Positions 29,186 to 39,181 of a stretch of DNA of 64,000 bases are shown one piece after another. This DNA comes from an uncultured bacterium. Its GTDB lineage: Bacteria; Desulfobacterota_D; UBA1144; Nemesobacterales; UBA2774. A model generated the notes under the pieces. The model searched no databases and had not been told where the DNA came from. It worked only from the letters and a program-made list of their open reading frames with translations. The DNA lies in assembly GCA_963825135.1 (NCBI GenBank), contig CAWGRW010000009.1:1376001-1440000 (forward strand). The letters are read 5' to 3'. A program made the translations under genes and the position numbers. Within the stretch, counting starts at the first letter, position 1; each line of letters begins with the position of its first letter.

Positions 29186-30904
29186 ATGAATAAAAAAAAG
29201 ACCATTTTCACCCTTCTTCTAAAATATAAATATTCTTTTTTAGCGGGTCTGCTCGCGCTCTCTCTCGTGGATATCTGCCAGCTCTCGATCCCCCTCGTAA
29301 TTGAAAGGGTCGTCAACGCTCTGACCATTGAAGGCGCGCGTATCGGCGATATTTCCAAATACGGCCTGATAATGCTCCTCATAGCCGTCGCCATGTCCGT
29401 ATTCCGGTTTTTTTGGAGATACTTTATAATGGGCGCCGCGCGGAAGATCGAGCAGTCGCTCCGTAACGAGTTCTTTTCGCACCTCCAGAGCCTGCACTTC
29501 GATTTCTTCTCGCAGAGGAAGGTCGGGGATCTTATGGCCCATACCGTCAACGATATCGAGACCCTGAAGTTCGCCTGCGGACTGGGGGTGCTTATAGCTT
29601 ACGACGGAGTGTTCCTCCTGATATTTATCTTCGGCGCGATGCTGTACATATCCCCCCGGCTCACCTTATACGCGTTTATCCCATTTCCGATACTTTGTTT
29701 CATAATCCTCAAATTCGGCAGGATGATTGAGCAAAGGTTCCAGAAGGTCCAGGATTCGTTCTCGGAGCTGACTGAAAGCGCAAGGGCGTCGATCTCGGGC
29801 GTTAAGGTGGTAAAGGCGTTCGTTAGGGAGCGGGAGGAGGTATCGGGTTTCGAGGCGTCGAGCGCCGCCTATCTCGATAAGAACCTGCGCCTGGTTAAGA
29901 TATGGGGCGTATACCAGCCGGTCATAACGTACCTCACCGCCATTGCGACAGTGATTTTTCTCTGGCTCGGAGGGGTGGATACCATAACCCTGAATATCAC
30001 TCTCGGAGATTTCGCGGCGGCGCTTCTCTACCTGACTATGCTCGCATGGCCTATGATGGCTATGGGCTGGGCAGTCGATATAATCAAGAGGGGCAACGCC
30101 TCGCTTAACAGGATTAACGATATCCTGCTCGTTGAGCCGCAGTCCCCGGTTGAGTCGGGCACCGTCGAGCTCAATGTCGAGGGCAATATCGAGCTCAGGG
30201 ACCTGAGCTTTTCCTATAACGGCAAAAGAGCCCTCAAAAATGTGACGCTCAGGATACCGGCAGGCAAAGCCGTCGGGTTCACGGGTGCGACGGGATCTGG
30301 CAAAAGCACACTCTTCCAGCTCCTGACGAGAGTCGAGGAACCCCCTGAAAATACCATGTTCGTCGACGGCGTGGATGTGAGGAAGATTAAACGGGACAGT
30401 CTGAGGGAGGGGATAGTCTACGTCCCCCAGGAGACGACCGTTTTCAGCGGTACTGTGAAAGACAACATTTCATTCATGAATCCGGATTTGACGGATTCCG
30501 ATATCGAGCACGCCGCCCGCGTCGCGGAGATATATGACGAGATACAGGATTTCCCCGGGGGCTTTGACGCGAGAGTGGGTGAAAGGGGCCTCAGTCTTTC
30601 GGGTGGGCAGAGGCAGAGGATCGCGCTCGCGAGGGCTATACTGCTCAAGCCGAGCGTCCTGATACTCGACGACGTATTTTCCTCGCTTGACCTCAGGACC
30701 GAGAGCATCGTGCTCAGGAATCTGAGGCAGGAAATGAAGGGAAAGACTCTGCTCGCGATATCGAGCAGGGTGCCGTCGATAAGCGGTTTCGATTCCATCG
30801 CCGTATTCGACAAGGGCAGGCTCGTCGAGTACGGGACCCATGCCGAGCTGATATCCGAAAACGGCATATACGCCGGTCTGTATAAAATTCAGACTTTTGA
30901 ATAG
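29186..30904 (+). CDS. ABC exporter half-transporter (MdlA/TM287-like, degenerate Walker B and switch)
   Basis: N-terminal TMD, GATGSGKST, LSGGQRQR, LILDD, ISSR in place of IAHR. Confidence 0.9.
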   Translation: MNKKKTIFTLLLKYKYSFLAGLLALSLVDICQLSIPLVIERVVNALTIEGARIGDISKYGLIMLLIAVAMSVFRFFWRYFIMGAARKIEQSLRNEFFSHLQSLHFDFFSQRKVGDLMAHTVNDIETLKFACGLGVLIAYDGVFLLIFIFGAMLYISPRLTLYAFIPFPILCFIILKFGRMIEQRFQKVQDSFSELTESARASISGVKVVKAFVREREEVSGFEASSAAYLDKNLRLVKIWGVYQPVITYLTAIATVIFLWLGGVDTITLNITLGDFAAALLYLTMLAWPMMAMGWAVDIIKRGNASLNRINDILLVEPQSPVESGTVELNVEGNIELRDLSFSYNGKRALKNVTLRIPAGKAVGFTGATGSGKSTLFQLLTRVEEPPENTMFVDGVDVRKIKRDSLREGIVYVPQETTVFSGTVKDNISFMNPDLTDSDIEHAARVAEIYDEIQDFPGGFDARVGERGLSLSGGQRQRIALARAILLKPSVLILDDVFSSLDLRTESIVLRNLRQEMKGKTLLAISSRVPSISGFDSIAVFDKGRLVEYGTHAELISENGIYAGLYKIQTFE

Positions 30905-30916
30905 ATGTACAGGCGC

Positions 30917-31660
30917 TCAGACGCCGAGCTTGTCCGCGAGGTCGAGAAAATCGCGGGCGATGATGTCAAAGGGCATCTCCTCCTTAACTTCCGTTCTGTC
31001 CGAAGGGCCGAATTCGAACGGTCTTGAGACAAAGGCCGTCTTAAAGCCGAGCGCCCGCGCCGCCAGTAGATCGTCTGTGTGCGCCGCCGCCATCATGACA
31101 TTCCCGGGCTTGAGACCGAGCAGCCCGGCGGCTGTCAAATAAACCTCCTTATCGGGCTTGTAGTGCCCCGAAAGCTCCGAGGATAGAACGCAGTCCCAGT
31201 TTATCCCCGCGTGCTTCGCCATATCGACCAGGAGCGAGACGTTGCCGTTTGAGAGTGTGGCGGCGATGTATCCTTTGCGGATTCGTTCTATGCCCTCCAC
31301 GGAATCGGGCCAGGGGTCGAGCCTGTGCCATGCCCTGTTGAGGTTATCCTTCTCGCTCTCTGAGAGCCCTTCGATACCGTACTCCCCCAGCAGCCTGTCG
31401 AGCACCATCCTGTGAAGAGAATCTATGCTCATCCACGGGAGCTCGCCCGTGCGGACCATGTTCATGGCCGGGGCGTACCCTCCGCGCCACGAATCCGCGA
31501 ACCGGGACCAGTCGGCTTCGATGCCTTTTGATTTCCCTAACAGACTGCATTCCCGGATGATCGAAGACCTCCAGTCGACGACCGTGCCGAAGACGTCGAA
31601 AGTAAGCGCCCTGACCTCTGATATGTCCCGAACTGGACTCATGCCGGCAGCTTTTTTCAT
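30917..31660 (-). CDS. Haloacid dehalogenase type II family
   Basis: FDVFGTVVDW, WHRLDPWPD, LSNGN, YKPD, AAH..DL. Confidence 0.88.
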   Translation of the reverse strand: MKKAAGMSPVRDISEVRALTFDVFGTVVDWRSSIIRECSLLGKSKGIEADWSRFADSWRGGYAPAMNMVRTGELPWMSIDSLHRMVLDRLLGEYGIEGLSESEKDNLNRAWHRLDPWPDSVEGIERIRKGYIAATLSNGNVSLLVDMAKHAGINWDCVLSSELSGHYKPDKEVYLTAAGLLGLKPGNVMMAAAHTDDLLAARALGFKTAFVSRPFEFGPSDRTEVKEEMPFDIIARDFLDLADKLGV

Positions 31661-31667
31661 GTGCGTA

Positions 31668-32090
31668 TTATACGGGGCCCGCCTTTTTTTCGACCCTGGC
31701 TATGAACCTTCCGGCGTCTACTATGAACCTCTGGTGGGTCCCTTCCGATATCTGGTCGACTCCGTCGTGGGCGACGATGGAAAACGTGAGCTTTTTGCCG
31801 TCGATTTCTACGAGCTCCCCCTTCACGTTCACGGTGAGGCCGGGCGGCGTGGCTGCTGTATGATTAAGCCTTACGTCTATGCCGACCGACTGCTCCCTCG
31901 GCCAGTCGATATGGTTGTTTACGAACCTGACGCACGCCCATTCGATGAGGCCTATCATGAACCCCGTGGAGAACACCTTGGGCATCAACTGGAACTCCTC
32001 CGATTCGGGGTATATGTATGGGACTGTTTTGGACTCCGGTATCTTGAAGTCAAACTCGAATTTCATTCCGGGCTTTAACGAATCGCTCAT
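31668..32090 (-). CDS. FlK-like (fluoroacetyl-CoA thioesterase-like) hot-dog thioesterase
   Basis: YPES.EF, VFSTGFMIGLIEWAC, HTAATPPG, GTHQR. Confidence 0.85.
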   Translation of the reverse strand: MSDSLKPGMKFEFDFKIPESKTVPYIYPESEEFQLMPKVFSTGFMIGLIEWACVRFVNNHIDWPREQSVGIDVRLNHTAATPPGLTVNVKGELVEIDGKKLTFSIVAHDGVDQISEGTHQRFIVDAGRFIARVEKKAGPV

Positions 32091-32359
32091 TTATCGACTC
32101 TCCTGTTACTTCTTTTCTTATTCCGGGCTAATCTCCTTCTGGTCGAGACTCCAATGCCCGAACCCGGTTTTTTTATTATAGCTCAGAAGTTGTGATAAAC
32201 AATCGGTTCAAATCCTTTGTGCATGGTTTGGCCTTCGAATCATAAATAAGAGGGCGGACTCGAACAATTGTTTAGCAGGGTCCGGGTTGAAGTGGAATAT
32301 ATATCAACCTCGCCTTATATTTGTGTATACTGCTGTATACTCGAAATTGGGGGTGAAGC

Positions 32360-32563
32360 ATGGCTGACGAAGTAAAAAAATTACACAGGTCGAGGACTGA
32401 CAGGATGATAGCCGGTATCTGCGGAGGGCTGGGCGAGATGTTCTCTCTCGATCCCACCCTGATCAGGCTCGTGTTCGCGCTGATCGCTCTGTTCACGGTC
32501 GGCACCGCCGCGCTCGTTTATATACTGGGCTGGATAATAATCCCCGAAGCCCCGGCCGAATAA
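32360..32563 (+). CDS. PspC domain protein
   Basis: LHRSRTDRMIAGICGGLGE..DPTLIRL. Confidence 0.9.
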   Translation: MADEVKKLHRSRTDRMIAGICGGLGEMFSLDPTLIRLVFALIALFTVGTAALVYILGWIIIPEAPAE

Positions 32564-32683
32564 GCTTCCTCACGGATTTCTCGTTCATTCTTCAATAACG
32601 TCTCTACCGGAGCGGGTAATGTATGATTACTCGCCGGTTTCCGGGTACGGTTCTTATCGGACGTCCCCCGTAAGGAGTATATC

Positions 32684-33463
32684 TTGATATATATAAATGT
32701 AGCTGAAAAGGCCGCGAGAGAGGCGGGAGAGGTATTAAGGGCGAATCTGGGGAAGGTAAAGGAGATTACGTTCAAGGCTAAAAACAGCCTCGTGACCGAG
32801 GTCGATAAGCTCTCCGAGGGCATCATAATCGACTCTATAAAGAGAAGCTTCCCGTCACATGACGTATTCGCCGAAGAGTCCGGGCGGTCTTCTACGAGCT
32901 CGGAATACGTCTGGATAATAGACCCGCTCGACGGCACCACGAATTACGCTCACGGCTATCCGTTCTTTTCCATTTCGATTGCGCTCGAAATCGAGGGGAC
33001 GGTTAAGGCGGGTTTGGTTTACGACCCTGTGAAGGACGAGATGTTCTCGGCGGAGTTGGGGATGGGGGCTTTTATGAACGGGGAAGCGATACGAGTATCC
33101 GGCTCCGCCCGACTCGACGAGAGTCACCTGGTCACGGGCTTCGTACACGATGATGAAGCTATGGTCGAAGAGAATCTCAGGCACTTCGCGGATTTCATCC
33201 GGAGATCGAGGGCGGTAAGGCGAGACGGGTCTGCGGCGCTCGATCTTTGCTATGTCGCCTGCGGCAGGTTCGACGGCTTCTGGGAGCTAGGCCTCAACCC
33301 CTGGGATACGGCGGCTGGGGTCCTTATCGTTGAGGAAGCGGGGGGAAGGGTGACAAACTTCACAGGAGATGCATACAGTATCTATGTCAAGGAGATACTG
33401 GCTTCTAATAGTGTAATCCACAAAGAAATGATTGAAGTCCTCTCAATGAACCGGTCGAAATAA
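32684..33463 (+). CDS. suhB: Inositol monophosphatase family protein
   Basis: WIIDPLDGTTNY, GSAALDL, WDTAAG. TTG start after AAGGAG. Confidence 0.88.
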   Translation: MIYINVAEKAAREAGEVLRANLGKVKEITFKAKNSLVTEVDKLSEGIIIDSIKRSFPSHDVFAEESGRSSTSSEYVWIIDPLDGTTNYAHGYPFFSISIALEIEGTVKAGLVYDPVKDEMFSAELGMGAFMNGEAIRVSGSARLDESHLVTGFVHDDEAMVEENLRHFADFIRRSRAVRRDGSAALDLCYVACGRFDGFWELGLNPWDTAAGVLIVEEAGGRVTNFTGDAYSIYVKEILASNSVIHKEMIEVLSMNRSK

Positions 33464-33497
33464 AGGGTTCCTTCCTAATCGTCTATGCCTGTCTGGC

Positions 33498-33543
33498 AAA
33501 AAAATAAGGGTGAATCCTAGAATTTCTTCAAAGATTCACCCTT
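33498..33543 (-). terminator. Rho-independent terminator (minus strand)
   Basis: AAGGGUGAAUC/GAUUCACCCUU 11-bp stem, extended to a GAAA tetraloop and followed by AUUUUUUU. Confidence 0.85.
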
Positions 33544-33655
33544 TAGAGGATGGGGAATACGTTATGGCCGCGTTTTGGTAAATCTACAAAATATTCTCAC
33601 AAGTCGTTTCAATGCCGTTCCCATTTACTTGCCCTTAATTTCGTAAGTATTCACT
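33498..33655 (-). ncRNA. Putative sigma54-dependent small RNA (~158 nt)
   Basis: Bounded by a consensus -24/-12 promoter and an intrinsic terminator on the same strand; no long ORF inside. Confidence 0.7.
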
Positions 33656-33665
33656 GAATTTATTA

Positions 33666-33682
33666 TGCAATGTGTGTGCCAA
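33666..33682 (-). promoter_or_regulatory. sigma54 (-24/-12) promoter
   Basis: TTGGCACACACATTGCA with GG at 33680-33679 and GC at 33668-33667, canonical spacing. Confidence 0.8.
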
Positions 33683-33932
33683 ATGCCCTTATATTATGCA
33701 ATATGCTGTTATTATTGTACAATATTTGTTCTGTCCTGATGCGGAGCTCATTCTAATCTGCGTACATAGACAAATATTTTGCAGTTTTTGACAAAAATTG
33801 TCGAGAGTCGGGGTGACGGATTCCGTAAGCCGGCGACAAACGAAGGGAGCGCCGAAAAAATACAATAGGATAATTCGGTTTTATTTATATATTATTGGAT
33901 TGATTATTCTCGATCGAGACCGGGGGCCATAA

Positions 33933-34982
33933 ATGTTCAAAACGGGTTCGAAAAAAGCCGCTTTCTTATTCCTGATTACCGCACTCGGCGGCGTCGGTCT
34001 CCATGCGTCCGCTCATGCTCAGGGTAATGAGGGACGGGAATCCCGTTACTATTATGTCGGAACGATCGGGGATGACCTTCCGGTTCAGATGGAGCTGGTA
34101 ATCGATTCCGGGGACGTTTCAGGGTCGTATATGTATGACAGAGTCGGCATACCGATCCCGCTTACCGGTGATATGGACAATGAATCTCGGAATATATCCC
34201 TGACCGAGCAGGATGATAAGGGACAGAAGACGGGAACGTTTAAAGGCGTTGTACGTAACGAAGGTAAGGGTTTCGGAAAGTTCATAGAAGGCGAATGGTC
34301 GAAGGCTAACGGCCTCGCGAAGCTGCCCTTTAAACTCACGAAGGTCGCCGACTTCGTCTCGGAAAAAGCTGTTAAAGCGTCTAAGTACGAGGCCGCATAT
34401 ATGTATCCTTCTTTAGTTGCCGGTACTAAGGCCTCCCTGGAAATAAATGAAAGTCTTACGAAGGAGGCAGCCGCGGAGAAGAAAAAGTTCACCGATGAGG
34501 CGGAGAAATTTTTCAGCTCTCAGGAATCGGCGGGGGAATGGCAGGAAGACTTCGGCTACTCGATTGAATATTATTCGCCGGAATTGATAAGCCTCTCGGG
34601 AGAGGTCTTTTCGTATACGGGGGGCGCCCACGGCAATACTTCTTACATGTCCTCGAATTACTGGATCAAAGACGACAAGGCGTTGCTGCTCGGTTTGTCG
34701 GACCTGTTCATGCCAAAGTCGAATTATTTAAAAGTCCTGTCCGATTATTGCATCAGTGACCTTGGAAAACAACAGGCGGGATGGGTGCTGAACGGAGAGC
34801 TCAAGGAGCTTAAAGCGGATTACCTGGGCGCGTTCGTAGTCTCGCCCGGGGGCCTGACGTTCGCTTTCGCCCCCTATGTGGCCGGACCATACGTCGAAGG
34901 GCCTTATTACGTTACCGTCGGTTACGGTGAGCTTAAAGGAATCATAAATCCCTCCGGCCCCCTTAAGCAGTTTCTGAAATGA
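33933..34982 (+). CDS. Secreted DUF3298/RsiV-like protein
   Basis: Signal peptide ending AHA; YTGGAHG, L.LSDLF, F.PYVAGPYVEG. Confidence 0.75.
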   Translation: MFKTGSKKAAFLFLITALGGVGLHASAHAQGNEGRESRYYYVGTIGDDLPVQMELVIDSGDVSGSYMYDRVGIPIPLTGDMDNESRNISLTEQDDKGQKTGTFKGVVRNEGKGFGKFIEGEWSKANGLAKLPFKLTKVADFVSEKAVKASKYEAAYMYPSLVAGTKASLEINESLTKEAAAEKKKFTDEAEKFFSSQESAGEWQEDFGYSIEYYSPELISLSGEVFSYTGGAHGNTSYMSSNYWIKDDKALLLGLSDLFMPKSNYLKVLSDYCISDLGKQQAGWVLNGELKELKADYLGAFVVSPGGLTFAFAPYVAGPYVEGPYYVTVGYGELKGIINPSGPLKQFLK

Positions 34983-35184
34983 ACTGGAAGCGGTTAGTTC
35001 GTAATAATCGTCCCCTTTTCGGTTAGCATCCCGCTTAATATTTTAAGGGTACCCCCGAAGCCGGGAACGGTCGCGGAAAATGCTCACACATATTCCGGAA
35101 TAGGCATCGACCAATTTTGCATTACAATTATGATCTATCATCCTTTCTATATGAATAAATCATTCGTTCTCTCTGGAGATTGCT

Positions 35185-36849
35185 ATGACTGTTTCTGATA
35201 ATTTGCGTACTGAAGTTTTGGTTGTGGGTGCTGGACCTACCGGGCTCACTATGGCGTGCGAGCTTGCGAGGCACGGTATAATGCCGAGAATTATTGACAA
35301 GGCCCCGGCCCCTTCGGATAAATCGAAGGCCTTCGGGATCCATGCGCGGACGCTCGAGCTCTTCGAGAGCATGGGCATTGCGGATACCGTGCTCGGGCAA
35401 GGGAATATCTGTAACGGGTTCGATATGTACAATCACGGGAAGCCGCTCGCAAGCGTCTTATTCGACGGCCTTCCGTCCAAATACCCGTATTTTCTGATCC
35501 TCGCCCAGAGCGACACCGAAAAGGTACTTAACTCCCATATGGAATCGTACGGCATCCGGGTCGAGCGTGAGAAGGAGCTCGTCGGCATCGAGCAGAAGCG
35601 GGACTTTATTCGAGCCCGGATCAGGTTGAAGGACGGCTCGGAAGAATTAATCGACTGCTCTTATATAGCAGGGTGCGACGGGGCGCATAGCGCGGCACGG
35701 CATATTCTCAACCTCGAATTCAAGGGCGCCCCTTACCCGAATTACTGGCTCCTTGCCGACTGCGACCTCGACTGGAGGTACCCGCTCCACCATCTCTCGG
35801 TCTTTATCCATCCCTCGGGCGTGACGGCCTATTTCCCGCTTTACAGCGACAGGGGGAGGCTCATGTTCGAGCTCCCGGACGCCACGATAGATATGGAAAT
35901 GGCTGAGCCGACTATCGAAGACGTGAGACGGCTCATGAGCGAGAGGGAAATCGATTACAGGAGCGTCGGGAATCCCAACTGGCTCGCCTATTTCAAGCTC
36001 CACCACCGTATGGTCGATAAATACGGAGAAGGCCGGGTCTTCCTTTGCGGAGACGCCGCCCACATTCACAGCCCCATCGGCGGGCAGGGAATGAATACAG
36101 GGATACAGGATTCTTACAACCTGGCGTGGAAGCTAGCCCTCGTGCTCAAGGGGGAGTCTCCCGATAGCCTCCTCGATAGCTACAATACGGAAAGACACCG
36201 CGTGGGCGAGGGCGTAGTCGGCTTGACGGACATGGCCACGAAGATGATAGGGCTGCACAACCCCGTTCTCGCCGCCGTTCGGAATAAGCTCATAGGCACT
36301 CTGTCGAAATTAGACCCGGTCCAGGAGAAGCTGCTGACGACCCTCTCTCAGATAGAGATAAACTACAGGGAAAGTCCGATTGTGCTCGAAAGGTGGTATC
36401 AGCCGGACTCGATCGAAGGGTTCCACGGATACAGGCGTGACCTCGAAGCCGGGGAGCGGGTAAAGGACTATGCTCTCCTGAGCCTCGACGGAAGCGGCGG
36501 AGCGCAGCTCTACGATCTTCTGAAAGAAGTCAGGCACAAACTGCTCCTTTTCACGGGCGCCCGGCCGGAGGACATGGAATTCGATGAATTGAGAAAAATT
36601 TACCGCTCCATAAAAGCGGAATACGGAGACATGATTGCCGTTCATACGATCGCGGGCACAAACGCTCTGCCGCCCGATTTCATAAAGACGAATTCCCTAT
36701 GGATGGATAAGGATTTGGTAATGCACCGCGATTTCGGAGCCGCGAAATCGAGCCTGTATCTCATACGCCCGGACGGCTACATTGGATTCAGGAACCAGCC
36801 CGCGAGCCTGAGCGACCTCCTCGAATATCTCCCTGTAATATTGCTCTGA
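35185..36849 (+). CDS. FAD-dependent monooxygenase (PheA/PcpB-like)
   Basis: VVGAGPTGL, GCDGAHS, GDAAHIHSPIGGQGMNTGIQD, LIRPDGYI. Confidence 0.92.
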   Translation: MTVSDNLRTEVLVVGAGPTGLTMACELARHGIMPRIIDKAPAPSDKSKAFGIHARTLELFESMGIADTVLGQGNICNGFDMYNHGKPLASVLFDGLPSKYPYFLILAQSDTEKVLNSHMESYGIRVEREKELVGIEQKRDFIRARIRLKDGSEELIDCSYIAGCDGAHSAARHILNLEFKGAPYPNYWLLADCDLDWRYPLHHLSVFIHPSGVTAYFPLYSDRGRLMFELPDATIDMEMAEPTIEDVRRLMSEREIDYRSVGNPNWLAYFKLHHRMVDKYGEGRVFLCGDAAHIHSPIGGQGMNTGIQDSYNLAWKLALVLKGESPDSLLDSYNTERHRVGEGVVGLTDMATKMIGLHNPVLAAVRNKLIGTLSKLDPVQEKLLTTLSQIEINYRESPIVLERWYQPDSIEGFHGYRRDLEAGERVKDYALLSLDGSGGAQLYDLLKEVRHKLLLFTGARPEDMEFDELRKIYRSIKAEYGDMIAVHTIAGTNALPPDFIKTNSLWMDKDLVMHRDFGAAKSSLYLIRPDGYIGFRNQPASLSDLLEYLPVILL

Positions 36850-36896
36850 GCGCGAAACATTATATAATTCGAATATAGGGGTAAAGGAGGTGCGTT

Positions 36897-37433
36897 ATGG
36901 GCAATGAGTCGACAGTTGAGCAGAAAAGCATGGTGGAAATCTGGGATAAGCACACGAAGTGCGAGTTCGAGACTAAGGATACGGATGAAACGATGCGGAC
37001 CATGACCGGGGAGCCTCACGTCAATCACGTCCCTGTAATGACCGGGGGCACCGGCTGGAACGATGTCCGTGATTTTTATTCGAAACACTTTATTCCGCAT
37101 CAGCCTGATGACGTTGAGCTCGTCCTGGTGTCCCGCACCGTCGGGAGCGACATGGTGGTTGATGAGCTGATATTTAAATTTACTCATAACATTGACATGC
37201 CCTGGATGCTTCCCGGCATACCTCCGACCGGGAAAAAGGTCGAGCTGCCGCTCGTCGTCCTGGTCGGGTTTAAGGACGGTAAAATTTCAAGCGAGCACAT
37301 TTATTGGGACCAGGCTTCGGTACTCGTTCAGATAGGGGTATTAAATGCGGACAATCTGCCGGTAGCGGGGGTGGAAACGGCGCGTAAGGTGCTTGACCCC
37401 GCTCTGCCGTCCAATCAATTGATGAGTAGATAA
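36897..37433 (+). CDS. SnoaL/NTF2-like ester cyclase family protein
   Basis: VNHVPVMTGG, VDE..F.FTH, EHIYWDQASVL. Confidence 0.8.
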   Translation: MGNESTVEQKSMVEIWDKHTKCEFETKDTDETMRTMTGEPHVNHVPVMTGGTGWNDVRDFYSKHFIPHQPDDVELVLVSRTVGSDMVVDELIFKFTHNIDMPWMLPGIPPTGKKVELPLVVLVGFKDGKISSEHIYWDQASVLVQIGVLNADNLPVAGVETARKVLDPALPSNQLMSR

Positions 37434-37435
37434 CG

Positions 37436-37822
37436 TCAAGGTAGAGCGAGCCCCGGAAGTAATTCCTTAATAGACTTTTTTAAGAACTCTCTCTCGTAGA
37501 CCTCCTCCTCGACGACCTCCCCGTTCCAGACGAGGATGTCGAGGTCGATTATCCTTGGGCCGTACTTGTCATCCGTTTTTACACGCCCCAGTTCTGCTTC
37601 CAGTTTTCTCAACCACGATTTTAGGCCGCCGGCGTCCGATTCCGTCTCGATCAGGAGGGCTCCGTTTATGAATCTGTCCTGCTCCTTAAACCCCACGGGC
37701 TCGGTCTCGACGAACGAGGAGGACTTTATTATTTTGAATTCTCCGCCTATCGCATCCTTTGCCTTGCGTATGTTTTCTTCGGGATGAATGTTGGAGCCGA
37801 GTCCTATCACTGCCCTGTTCAT
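37436..37822 (-). CDS. folK: 6-hydroxymethyl-7,8-dihydropterin pyrophosphokinase
   Basis: IGLGSNI, ETEPVG, GPRIIDLDIL. Confidence 0.93.
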   Translation of the reverse strand: MNRAVIGLGSNIHPEENIRKAKDAIGGEFKIIKSSSFVETEPVGFKEQDRFINGALLIETESDAGGLKSWLRKLEAELGRVKTDDKYGPRIIDLDILVWNGEVVEEEVYEREFLKKSIKELLPGLALP

Positions 37823-37846
37823 GTTAGTTTCTAAAGCACCGCATGC

Positions 37847-38197
37847 TCATTTCGATTCCGAGTGTATGACGGAAACGGTATCGGCGAAGCGGAGCGCCCC
37901 GGGCTTGTCCACCCTGGCAGTCGCTTTACTCACCCTGGCGTCCTCTAGGATTATCTTCACTACGTCGCCCGCGATCCTTTCTATCAGGTTGAACTCTCTG
38001 CCCTCGACCTCGGAAATGATTCTTTTCGTTAAGGACTTATAATCGACGGTAAGCGCGATATCGTCCTTCTCCACTGCCTCCCTGCCGTCGAATTCGATCT
38101 CGATGTTTATGACGATGTCCTGCTTTACCTTCTTCTCCCACTCGAAGATGCCGACCACGGTCCTCAGTCTCAGGTTCTCGATCTTTATTATCACCAT
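37847..38197 (-). CDS. folB: Dihydroneopterin aldolase/epimerase
   Basis: GIFEWEK..Q, VDYK, LIERIA, KPGA. Confidence 0.88.
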   Translation of the reverse strand: MVIIKIENLRLRTVVGIFEWEKKVKQDIVINIEIEFDGREAVEKDDIALTVDYKSLTKRIISEVEGREFNLIERIAGDVVKIILEDARVSKATARVDKPGALRFADTVSVIHSESK

Positions 38198-38206
38198 ATT
38201 CTCCCG

Positions 38207-38921
38207 TCAGCCCAAGTGCCGTCCCCCGTCGACGAACAGACACTCCCCGGTCACATAACTGTTATCGAGTATATATTTTAACGCCGTTATCACGTGGTCG
38301 GGATGCCCCGGCTTTCCGAGCGGTGTATGCCTCGATATGCGTCTCAGGTATTTCGAGTCCTTCCCCGGGAGGCGGGAGTATGGGTCCGGGGCATATGCCG
38401 TTTACGCGTATTCCGGGTCCGAGCGCCTTTGCAGCCATGAGCGTGAAGTCGCGGAGCGCTCTCTTGCTCAGGCTGTAAACGAAGTGATCGGGTTCGATCC
38501 TGGAAACCCTTGTATCCAGCATGTTGACTATTATTTCGGCTGACTTCCGCCTGCTGAATTCCTGGGACAGGAAGAAAGGCGCCTTGAAATTGAGAGTGAA
38601 TTCCCTGTCGAACGATTCCTCGGTAACTTTCATAAAGTCCCTGTCTTCAAAGATAGACGCGTTATTGATGAGAAGGGAGCAGTAAGGAAACGCGCGGAAT
38701 ACCCGCTCCGTCAGGGTTTTAATGTTCTTTATCTCCGAGAGGTCGGCCTTGAATATTTCACACTTTTTTCCTGCGGTTTTGATCTCTTCCGCCGTCTTCC
38801 CGGCCCCTTTCTCCGAGCTGTTATAGTGTAGTGCTATGTCGTAACCCATGCCGGCAAGGGCGAGAGCCATCGCCCTGCCGAGCCTCCCCCCCGCACCCGT
38901 TATTAGCGCCGCCTTTTTCAT
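38207..38921 (-). CDS. folM: Pteridine reductase-like SDR (FolM), one +1 frameshift near 38363-38366
   Basis: TGAGGRLG, NNASIF, YSLSK. Removing one G restores KDSKYLRR..VTGECLFVDGGRHLG*. Confidence 0.75.
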
Positions 38922-39181
38922 TACCGTTATGTCCCGAGCCTGCCTGAGCCCTTATTTTAAACACGGACAGTATAGCACACCGGGCGCTGGCGGCTAAGCC
39001 GCCGGGACCTGCGATTCGAGGAGGTCCCGATTCGGAATGCTGTCTGCGTCGCCTCCTCAAATCATGTGCAGGAATCCATTCCGATTAAGGGACGGCATGA
39101 AATTATCGATTCTGTTTCATATCTCCCGCCGAATTGGTGTAGAATTAAACGAATTGCATTCTTCCTGGCAGAGGCGGATAC

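Noticed and set aside
38989..39029. Two adjacent GC hairpins between folM and ppgK
   Set aside because: Short, no U-tract, single copy; plausible by chance in GC-rich DNA.
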